Below are positions 47,611 to 58,361 of a stretch of DNA of 64,000 nucleotides, piece by piece (position 1 is the stretch's first letter; each line of letters starts with the position of its first letter). The stretch is from Mobula hypostoma. Its lineage: Eukaryota. The translations under genes were made by a program, and so were the position numbers. The notes under the pieces were generated by a model that searched no databases, was not told where the DNA came from, and was given only the letters and a program-made list of their open reading frames with translations. The stretch spans positions 27,220,001-27,284,000 of the forward strand of contig NC_086108.1 of NCBI RefSeq assembly GCF_963921235.1, given 5' to 3'.

Positions 47611-48644
47611 TAGGCAACCATGGTGCTCGATTTGAGTGGATTGCTCTGTGTGCCACTTTAGGCTTGGTCAACAGAATGGCTTCCAGTAACATAATAAATA
47701 TAATAATTAAATAATATTAGAATGATATAGCATTTGTCATGGCTGATAATAACTAATTTGGTTATAAAATAAAAGATGTTGAAAAGATCCAACGTTTTGC
47801 ATGCACCTTGTATTAAAAGGCATAGTTGTTATTATTCTTCTGTCAGCCTGTTTGGGTTTATTTTTGATATCTGATGGCAATGACTCAGAACAAATTTGCT
47901 TTCACAGTATCCAATGCAATTTAGTCGGAAAATCTGGTCAATAGTGATGAAGTATAAAGAAAGATAGACAGTGCGGCTGGAAAACCAATGTAATATTTCT
48001 GACATTGGATCTGTGATAGGAGCATAAACTTGGCAAATTGGGCTAGAGCATTCAATGAAAAATGGTTTTATCTATAAATGGCAGTTTTATTATTATATAA
48101 GCAATTGGATAAAGTTAATGGCTAGAGTTGTTGTAGGTCTCCGTAGCAAGTAACTATTTATACAATGGGGAAATCATCTACCATAACCTCGGTACTACCA
48201 AGTGCCCTCCAGCAAATGCTAAAGCTTAGTTACTACTGAATTTTAGGAAAGAAGGCAGCCAACTTGAAGACTTAAATGGCTTTGGTTTATTTGAAGTCAA
48301 AGCAGAGGTGCCACTAAAACAATACAATCTTTGACATAAGAACATACTAACAGGAGCATCCATCGAATTGTTGTACTCAAATTTGTTAGAGTGAAGCATG
48401 AACACACACTTTCTGAAGTAAGTGTATTTCCAGTTGAGTCAAGATGGACACTCATTGATTGCTGTGTGTTGAATTGGACTTGTAACAATGGCACTGAAGT
48501 GAAGATTCAATATGCTCCAGCTTTCATCTCTCCACAAGGCATGTCCTGACATGATCCTACATCAAATGAAGCCAGCGGGGAATTTTCTTTCAGTCAATTG
48601 TGGGGAAAATAGACAATGAAATTCAGTCTTCTATTACCCTTACA

Positions 48645-49253
48645 GTCAATATCATCTATGAGTGTATTGACCGGCTGCATCATGGCCTAGTATAGAAACA
48701 CCAATGCCTTTGAATGGAAAGTCCTACAAAAGGTAATGGAATCAGCACAGTACATCACAGGGAAAACCCTCCCAACTATTGAGCACATCTACATGAAGCA
48801 CTGTCATTGGAAAGCAGCATCCATCATCAGAGACCCTCACCACCCAGGTCATGCTCTCTTCTCTGCTGCCATCAGGTAGAATGTACAAGAGCATCAGGAC
48901 TCACACCACCAGGTTAAAGAACAGTTTCTAACCCTCAACTATCAGGCACTTGGATTAAAGGGGATAATAAAAGGGGATAACTACACTCACTTTCCCCATC
49001 ATTGAAACATTTCCACAACCAATGATCTCACTTTAAGGACTCTTTATCTCATTATCTCATGTTCTTGTTTGTTATTGCTATTTATTTATATTTGCATTTG
49101 CTTAGTCTGTTGTCTTCTGCACTCTGGATGATCTTACATTGATCCTATTTGGTAGTTACTATTTGCCAAGTATGCCCACAGGAAAATGAATTTCAGGGTT
49201 GTATATGGTGACCTATATGTACTTCGATAATAAATTTACTTTGAATTTTGAAT
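48645..49253 (+). mobile_element. Rex1/Babar 3' fragment
   Basis: 'catcatcagagaccctcaccacccaggtcatgctctcttctc'; tail 'taataaatttactttgaattttga'. Confidence 0.8.
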
Positions 49254-49660
49254 CAAAGGTCTGATTAATGACATAAAACAATACTTGGAAGAAGATTCAT
49301 TCTTTACAGAGTGGTTCATCTCTGCTTCTTAAAATGTTTACCTTCACAATCTTTGTTCTCCATTTCATTTGTTCATTAAATGTTTTTTCCAGGTCATTAA
49401 TTCCAAATGCTATCAAGTTACTTTAGCATGCAGTTTTGAATAAACTATCAGCCTAATTTCTATGCAAAGTTTAGGGATTTGGGGATGAGTACACAATTTT
49501 CTGATTCAGAGACCACAGGACCTGGTTGAAACTTAGGCTACGTACACACTAGACCGGATAATTTTGAAAACGCCGGTTTCGAGTAAAAACGACAGGCATC
49601 CACACTATCAAAGTTGCTGGTGAATGCAGCAGGCCAGGCAGCATCTCTAGGAGGAGGTAC

Positions 49661-49696
49661 GGTCGACGTTTCAGGCCGAGACCCTTCGTCAGGACT
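49661..49696 (-). ncRNA. Minimal type-I hammerhead ribozyme motif
   Basis: Minus strand reads agtc-CTGACGA-agg gtctcgg cct-GAAA-CG-TC-gac; predicted cleavage between 49665 and 49664. Confidence 0.75.
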
Positions 49697-49990
49697 AACT
49701 GAAGGAAGAGTTAGTAAGAGATTTGAAAGTGGGAGGGTGAGGGTGAGATCCAAAATGATAGGAGAAGACAGGAGGGGGAGGGATGGAGCCAAGAGCTGGA
49801 CAGGTGATTGGCAAAGGGGATATGAGAGGATCATGGGACAGGAGGTCCGGGGAGAAAGACGGAGGTGGGGGGGACCCAGAGGATGGGCAAGGGGTATAGT
49901 CAGAGGGACAGGGGGAGAAAAAGGAGAGTGAGAGAAAGAATGTGTGTATAAAAATAAATAACGGATGGGGTACAAGGGGGAGGTGGGGCA

Positions 49991-50882
49991 TCAGCTGAAG
50001 TTAGAGAAGTCAATGTTCATGCCATCAGGTTGGAGGCTACCCAGACGGAATATAAGGTGTTGTTCCTCCAACCTAAGTGTGGCTTCATCTTTACAGTAGA
50101 GGAGGCCGTGGATAGACATGTCAGAATGGGAATGGGATGTGAAATTAAAATGTGTGGCCACTGGGAGATCCTGCTTTCTCTGGCGGACAGAGCATAGGTG
50201 TTCAGCAAAGCAGTCTCCCAGTCTGCATCGGGTCTCGCCAATATATAGAAGGCCACATCGGGAGCACCGGACGCAGTATATCACCCCAGCCGACTCACAG
50301 GTGAAGTGTCGCCTCACCTGGAAGGACTGTCTGGGGCCCTGAATGGTGGTAAGGGAGGAAGTGTAAGGGCATGTGTAGCACTTGTTCCGCTTACACAGAT
50401 AAGTGCCAGGAGGGAGATCAGTGGGGAGGGATGGGGGGGACAAATGGACAAGGGAGACGTGCAGGGAGCGATCCCTGTGGAAAGCAGAGATGGCGGGGGA
50501 GGGAAAGATGTGCTTAGTGGTGGGATTCCATTGGAGGTGGCGGAAGTTACGGAGAATAATATGTTGGACCTGGAGGCTGGTGGGGTGGTAGGTGAGGACC
50601 AGGGGAACCCTATTCCTAGTGGGGTGGTGGGAGGATGGAGTGAGAGCAGATGTACGTGAAATGGGGGAGATGCGTTTGAGAGCAGAGTTGATAGTGGAGG
50701 AAGGGAAGCCCTTTTCTTTAAAAAAGGAGGACATCTCCCTCGTCCTGTAATGAAAAGCCTCATCCTGAGAGCAGATGCGGCAGAGACGGAGGAATTGCGA
50801 GAAGGGGATGGCATTTTTACAAGAGACAGGGTGAGAAGCGGAATAGTCCAGATAGCTGTGAGAGTCAGTAGGCTTATAGTAG
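49991..50882 (-). CDS. Penelope C-terminal fragment: RT thumb/linker plus GIY-YIG endonuclease (open frame)
   Basis: 'YYKPTDSHSYLDY', 'CKRNKCYTC', 'GVIYCVRCSRCGLLYIGET', 'LGSLQPDGMN'. Confidence 0.85.
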
Positions 50883-51758
50883 TTATTCTTGTTGTTTGCG
50901 TCCACACTAGACATTTTGCAAAATATCTCTGTCCACATTAAAATGGATATTTGGGAGAATCTGCTCCTACTGGGCATGCGCATACACATCTACAGAAAAC
51001 AAGCAAAAGGGAAACGGTATAATATTTACGTTTCCATGGCAGTGTTGTGCTATTTCCATTGGTCAAAAACTAGAGTACCAACAACAACAGCGAAAGAAAG
51101 TTTTCAACAATGTCTTCGAGGAATACAAAGAAAATCTCCGCTGGAAAAAGCAGATCGAACTTCTTCGTTTAGAATGACAATGAAGTCGAGCTGTTTCTGC
51201 GAGTTACAAACGACTACAAAGTCAGCAAAGCAGTGGAGAACGTGGAGATGTTTAACTCCAGACAAGCTATTAACGTAGACAATAAAGTAAACAACACATG
51301 CATGAAGCCGTCCTCTACCCAAGATCAACAAGAGAGTGGAATCTTCTGCCGCCAGACCTGCGCAGTATTTCTGACATTAATATTTTTAAAGATAGACTCA
51401 ATCAAATCAATTTAGGGGATCTAGTCAAATAAGCTCACTTTACAATTTAACTCTCACGCCGTTCACACCGACTGCGTGATATAACAGCTGTCCAGCAGTG
51501 CTTGCGCAGTACCAAGCAGAAGCAGAAAAAGCATTGTTGTTGTGGTGTTGTCATGACAGCATTTTTAAATATCTCCATTTACCCCATCGACACTACAATG
51601 TGCAACAATCATTTTCAAATTTACACACTCTGGAGAGTGTTTTAGAAAAGCTCCATTTTTGGGGGATGAAAACCCCGTTTCAATGTGGACGGAGGGTCCA
51701 AACGAAGAGAAAAAGCTTCATTTTCAAAATTATCCGGCGTAGTGTGGACGTAGACTTC

Positions 51759-52786
51759 GGGTACATCCACACTGCGCCGGATAATTTTGTATACAAAGCT
51801 TTTTCTCTTCGTTTTGACGTTCTGTCCACACCGAAATGGCGTTTTCATCCCCCGAAAATTGAGATTTTCAGAAACGATCTCCAGATTGAATAAATCTGAA
51901 AACGCCTACTATCCGTCGTAGTGTGTACAGGGTAACTGGAGAGATTTAAAAACGCTGTCATGACTACACCACAACAACAATGCTTTTTCTGCTTCTGCTT
52001 GGTACTGTGCAAGCTGTTATAACGCACAGTCGGTGTGAATGGCGTGAGAGTTAAACTGTAAAGTGAGCTTTTTCGACTATTTAAAAACGCTGTCATGACG
52101 TGCCGGAACAGATAGCCGCAGCGCGGCATTTCGTTGTCTTCTTGAACGCAACCACCTAACAATTTCAGAACAGACGGCAACGAGACTGAAGCCAGAAGGG
52201 TTGGAAGTGTACTCACCAAATACTTTGACCCATAGCTTACTGAATAAATAAGTATACTCACTTTGCCCTGTTTTCGTCCCTGCTTGTATGAACATGGTTC
52301 ACCTATTTATGCAAGTACCTGCTCTGACAATAGATGTGTAACAGCCTAATGTAACATTGTATGGAAATACAAGATAACACTGATGCAGACGTTTTATACA
52401 TTTAACAAGGTGCTTTATTAATGCAACAGAGTTAGTCAGTTTTTCAATGTTCGTCGTCAGCCGGGTCATACTGTCCGTGAACTCCCTGTCGGTTGCCTCC
52501 ATACGCTCCAGTATTTGTTTTTTTAGTGTTAAGTCCTCCTGAGCAAGAGCCAAGAGCAAGTCCTTTTAAGTTTTTCTACTCTGTGACTGGACAAACGCGC
52601 ACCAAGTATACCATTTCCTCTTCGTTTGTTTTCTGTGTGTCCTGCGCATGTCCAGTAGGAGGAGATTTACCCAAATATCCATCTAATGTGGAAGGAGATA
52701 TTTTGAAAAACGTTTAGTGTGGACGCCTGTCGTTTTTACTCGAAACCGGCATTTTCAAAATTATCTGGCGTAGTGTGGACGTAGCC
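51759..52786 (-). mobile_element. Non-autonomous PIF/Harbinger copy B, inverted relative to copy A
   Basis: Termini GGGTACATCCACACT...AGTGTGGACGTAGCC|TTA; ORF 52299-52559 'LLALAQEDLTLKKQILERMEATDREF' looks like a coiled coil of the Myb-like accessory protein. Confidence 0.85.
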
Positions 52787-53597
52787 TTAAACATTCAGAA
52801 ACACACAGAAAAATGTTTAACAATGTGTGAAGTCCTTTCTGTTACAAAACTTCAATCATCAGTTTAGCTAGTGTGAAAAGTGCAGTAACATTATCCTGTA
52901 ATCTCCTGTTACTTTACACTACAAAAGCTCTCAATGGCAAGATAAACCAGTTTATATTGCCCATGACAGTGTAAAGGCAATATATTTTAATTCAATTTCT
53001 TTTTACATTTGACAGATTTTGAGACATAAAGCACTGATTAAATCTGAATGAAGCACTATGATTCATCTTAGAAAACTCAAAGCATGATTCCCATCAAAAA
53101 TGCAATAAGCATATTCTCACAACTGTGTATTACCACATTGCATTGAATGGGCAATTGGGAAAAGATTGCGGCTGTGTCATTTTCCAATTATATCGTCTAA
53201 GTAACACTGGGTAAGCCAGTCTCTTGCAGGAAGATTTTGCTCTGTATGTCAAACACACTTCGGTTAATTATTCCCAAAAATGTACGATGAAGGAAGAGCA
53301 CAGACTCAGCAAACATTCCTGCCAATATACCAATCACCTGGCTTTATTTCCTGGCCTGCAAGTTGGCTGATATTATTTCCTTAGGTTCTGCACTCTTTCT
53401 ATTCACACTTCTTGACTGAAAATATGTCGACTCTTTGCCTGTCTACATCCTCCCCAGAGTCCTTGACTATGTTTTGATATCTTAAATTTATGTCAGTAAT
53501 CACAACAATTTTATGTCTATATCCCTACTATCTCCTTTGTTATAATAAGCTTTGCAACAAAATTACAGGACATTCTCTGTGAGAGTGAACATAATAA

Positions 53598-54860
53598 TCT
53601 ATCCCTTCGCAAGGCAGAAGGTCCTGATGGAGTACCTGGTAAAGCTCCGAAAACCTGTGCCAACCAACTAGCGGGAGTATTCAAGGACATTTTCAACCTC
53701 TTACTGCTATGGGCAGAGGTTCCGACTTGCTTCAAAAAGGCAACAATTATACTAGTGTCAAAGAAGAATAATGTGGGCTGCCTTAATGACTATCGCTTGG
53801 AAGCACTCACATCAACAGTGATGAAATGCTTTCAGAGGCTGGTTATGACTAAACTGAATTTCTGCCTCAGCAAGGACCTGGAACCATTGCAATTTGCCTA
53901 TCGCCACAATAGGTCAACGGCAGACGCAATCTCAATGGCTCTCCCCATGGCTTTAGATCCCCTAGACAACACAAACACGTATGTCAGGATCCCGTTAATT
54001 GATTATAGCTCAGCATTTAATACTATCATTCCCACAATCCTGATTAAGAAGTTGCAGAACCTGGGCCTCTGTACCTCCCTCTGCAACTGGATCCTCGACT
54101 TCCTAACCTGAAGGCCACAATCTGTATGGATTTGTGATAACATATTCTCCTCGCTGGCGATCAACACTGTTGCACCTCAGAGGTGTGTGCTTAGCCCACT
54201 GTTCTATTCTCTGTATTCACATGACAGTGTGGCTAGGCATAGCTCAAATACCATCTGCAAATCTGCTGATGATACAGCCATTGTTGGTAGAATCTCAGGC
54301 GGTGACAAGAGGGCGTACAGGAGTGAGATATGCCAACTAGTGGAGTGGTGCCACAGCAACAACCTGGCACTCAATGTCAGTAAGACGAAAGAGCTGATTG
54401 TGGACTTCAGAAAAGGTATGACGAAGGAACACATGCCAATCCTCATAGAGGGATCAGAAGTGGAGAGCGTGAGCAGCTTCAAGTTCCTGGGTGTCAAGAT
54501 CTCTGAGAATCCCAAAATAATGATATATTCATAAAGAAGGCAAGACAGTGGCTATACTTTATTAGGAGTTTGTAGAGATCTGGCATGTCAACAAATACAC
54601 TCAAAAACTTCTATAGTTGTACCGTGGAGAGCATTCTGACAGGCTGCATCACTGTCTGGTATTGGGAGGGACTACTGCACAGGACCGAAAGAAGCTGTAG
54701 AAGGTTGTAAATCTAGTCAGCTTCACCTTGGGCACTAGCCTACAAAGTACCCAGGATATCTTTAGGGAGTTGTGTCTCAGAAAGGCAGCGTCCATTATTA
54801 AGGACCTCCAGCACCCAGCACATGCTCTTTTCTCACTGTTACCATCAGGTAGGAGGTACT
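53598..54860 (+). mobile_element. Rex1/Babar LINE RT fragment
   Basis: '[18 protein letters not shown]', '[11 protein letters not shown]', 'DYSSAFNTI', 'SADDTAIVG'. Confidence 0.9.
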
Positions 54861-55239
54861 GTGTTTTCAGTCTGTTACTTCCTTGTTTCACTTGCAATCT
54901 CTTTTAGGGATAAACCCGCATTTCACTCTGGCCATGTGAAGTTTGTGTTAATGGGGCAGAAATCTGGGCAACTTTATTCTGAATATGAGATGTCCACATT
55001 TCAGAGGGCCACAGGAAATTGGGGAGCAATTTCAGAAGTCATTGTTTTTGGTTTTTTTTTGTAACTAAATACTAATCAGGAGTGAGTGCATTTGTATCTC
55101 CCTGCATTACAGAATAACAAAGTGGTGGATGCTGACTTGTGGTGGTAGATCTATAATGCATTCCTGAGCATGGTGTCCGAAGTTACACACCAGACCAATG
55201 TGTCAGATTGCTGCATGTGTATGAGGAGTCCTAACTACA

Positions 55240-56617
55240 CCATGGAGGGATGCCACGGGCCTCGAATGACTTCCGCCCAGTTGCACTCACCCCCATCATT
55301 GCAAAGCGCTTTGAGAGACTGGTTCTATCACATCTGAAATCCTGTCTGCCCACTACCCTAAATCCCTACCAATTTGCCTATTGCACCAACAGGTCAACAG
55401 AGGACACCATTTCCATGGCACTTCACTCTGCCCTGACCCACCCGGACAGCCCCAACTCTTATGTTAGAATGCTGTTCATTGACTTTAGTTCGGCATTCAA
55501 TACTGTGATCCCCTCCAAGCTGATCACCAAACTTCACCAGCTTGGTATCAGCTCATCCCTCTGCAATTGGACTTTGGACTTTCTGACTAATAGACCCCAA
55601 TCAGTTAAGTTAGACAACCTCTCTTCCTCCACTCTCACCCCAAACACTGGTGTGCCTCAAGGCTGTGTGCTGAGCCCTCTTCTGTACTCCCTTTTCACCT
55701 ATGACTGCATTCCTGTACATGGTTCTAACTCCATAATCAAGTTCACAGACGACACTACGGTGTTTGTCCTGATCAGAGGGGATGACGAGACGGCCTACAG
55801 GGATGAAGTCCAGCCCCTGGCTGCATGGTGTGCCGACAACAACCTGGCCTTTAACACCAGAAGACCAAGGAGATCATTCTGGACTTCAGGCATGCTAGGA
55901 GCCACACTCACGTCCCCATCTACATCAACGGAGCTGTAGTGGAGCGTGTATCAAGCTTCAAATTCCTTGGTGTCCACATTTCTGAGGATCTCACCTGGTC
56001 CCTGATCTCCTCCATCCTGATCAAAAAGGCACAACAGCACCTTTATTTCCTGCAGAGCATCAAGAAAACTCACCTCTGTCCCAGGATACTGACGGACTTT
56101 TACCGCTGTACCATTGAGAGCATACTCACCAACTGCATCTCAGTGTGGTATGACAATTGTTCCGTATCGGACTGCAAAGCACTCCAGTGGGTGGTGAAGC
56201 TGCCCAGTGGATTATCAGCACCGAATTGCCTACTATTGAGAAATCTACCATAAACGCTGCCTGGGCAGGGCGAAAAGCATTATCAAGGATGCATCTCACC
56301 CTAACTATGGACTTTTTACTCTCCTCCCATCCAGTAGGTGCTACAGGATCCTCCGCTCCCGCACCAGCAGGCACAGGAAGAACTTTTTCCCTGAGACTGT
56401 GTCCCTGCTGAACCTCACATCACAGCGCTAAGCAGCATTGCATCTATATTGTACTGTCTCAGTACTCTTATATTTGTGTGCTGTAGCACTTTTTATTCAC
56501 AGTTATTTTGTAAATAACGCTATTCTTTGCATTTCTGGTCAGATGCTAACTGCATTTCATTGGCTTTGTATCTGTACTCAGCACAATGACAATAAAGTTG
56601 AATCTAATCTAATCTAA
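55240..56617 (+). mobile_element. Rex1/Babar LINE, 5'-truncated, relatively well preserved
   Basis: ORFs 55250-55939 and 55939-56253: 'NDFRPVALT', '[13 protein letters not shown]', 'KFTDDTT'; (AATCT)n tail. Confidence 0.93.
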
Positions 56618-56675
56618 TATAAATCCCTTTTGATGACCAGGAAGACAGTTGGGGGAAATTATCTAGCTTCTCTGG

Positions 56676-58003
56676 TGTAGGTATTCTATTTTGGGGGAGA
56701 CGAGAGGTAGTATTGTATTCCAGCCAACCTCGACCCACAGTGTGGTAGCCTTAAGGGACTTGAGCTTTAATAGCTTTGTGGAGTGTGCTTTAAGGGTTGG
56801 TATTTCCCTACATCCTATTTATTTAACCGAAAGGTCCCAACTTTTAAAGTGATTCCCCATCTGATGGAGAATGTTGGTGTAGGTGGTATGATAAGCATAG
56901 GTACCAGTCAGTAAGTATGGCAAGTTTGAGCAGGAAGAGCATCCTGGGATGGCTGTGTCTATGCCTAATGGTGTTGCGAAGATGGGCACTCACTGGACAT
57001 TGAATAGCACCGACTTGGTATGCAGCTCCTAAGCCTACCCGTGGCTCCCCACAGGGTGGTGCAGCTGCTGTTGTTTGGGATATGTGGTGCCGTATGTATA
57101 CCACCCCACTGCCCCGGCTGAGCACCTTGCCCATGCTGGTCAGCATAGTAAGAGGGTTATTGCAGAGGAAAGAAGGTTTTAGATGGTGGACTTTCCCAGC
57201 ATGTCTGGCTGTCTCAGGAACTGATATCAATGGCCTTACATTACCTGCTCACAAAGAAAGGTGGCACTTGTGCAGTTATTAGTCAAGAATGCTGCACCTA
57301 AATGCCCAGCGGGTCAGAGAACACCTGGCCAATCACATCTCAGAGTTGGTGGGTAAAATTAAGTTGGGTATCATCTCATTGGCTATTACACACCGGGGGA
57401 GAGCTGATGGCCTTTTGGGGTGCAGAGAGGCTGATGGACTACTGTATTACACTGGGTGGGGTGTCTATTGGTTTACAGTACTGGGTATTTTACTTTTGTG
57501 TTTTATATGTAGCTTACTAGGGAGCTCACAGTGGTCATACTCGTCTGAGTGTCAAATTGTCACAGTGTCGCAAGTTTCAAAGGATGACATGTCATGTGGG
57601 GGTATGGCTTACTTGCCAGTCGAAACACGGCAGAAGGAGCTTCACTATTAATTGGTCCATTTAAAAACTGCACCCACTCTTTCCCATTGGCCAGCTTGCA
57701 CGCCACAGCACCAATTTCCAGTTCCGGTCATCTAGGGGTATAAAATAGCATGTGTGGGAGGCTTGGTCTCTCTTTTCCTTTGTGTGTAGGGCACGCTTCA
57801 CAGAACCATTGTGAATGTATTTTCCATGTGCACTTTTAACTCGGTACCTTTTTGTCGAATACTTAGTTTTGTAGTTTGTGGAATTTGGGGGAACTTAAAA
57901 GTTTGACTGAATGTTTTACTGTTTGTTAATGATTAATATGCTTTTTCATAGTCTGTGTTTTCTGTCTCACTCACCAATCGCATGAACCTGCTTCCACGTT
58001 ACA
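56676..58003 (+). repeat. Unclassified LTR-like segment
   Basis: TATA-like GGGTATAAAA near 57736; LTR-like end '...ccacgttaca'; no partner LTR or TSD found. Confidence 0.35.
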
Positions 58004-58361
58004 GGAAGCAAGTTCTGTATGTATATCAGACTTGTGAATTTCATAATGTTATGGGAAGGCTTGTATGTACGGCGTTTGTCAACTGCATAATAACTGCAAA
58101 CTTTGTTCCTCGTTCCATGGATGTTGTGAGTTGATTAGTTTTTCATTTCATCTCCTCAACCAACTGAGTTTCCTCCAATTGCCCCCATGCTCCAACATTC
58201 ACGAAGAATTAGTCAAGGCCTCCCATTATGAGAACCTGTGAAGGATCTGGGAGGAAAAATAATTTAGAATTGACTTTTGAATGCATATCATCTGAAGATC
58301 TATTTGATATGTATTTTCTATACTGTTGGAGATTGGTTCTTGCACAAATGTCTATACAGAG

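Larger units (their letters stand above)
49608..50897 (-). mobile_element. Penelope-like retroelement, 5'-truncated
   Basis: GIY-YIG ORF; 12-bp TSD GC(A/G)TCCACACTA (49596-49607, 50898-50909); terminal repeat with hammerhead motif. Confidence 0.92.
49536..51755 (+). mobile_element. Non-autonomous PIF/Harbinger copy A (interrupted by Penelope)
   Basis: TTA|GGCTACG...CGTAGAC termini; Myb/SANT-like N-terminal remnant from ATG 51110 ('FFV*NDNEVELFLRVTNDYKVSK'). Confidence 0.85.
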
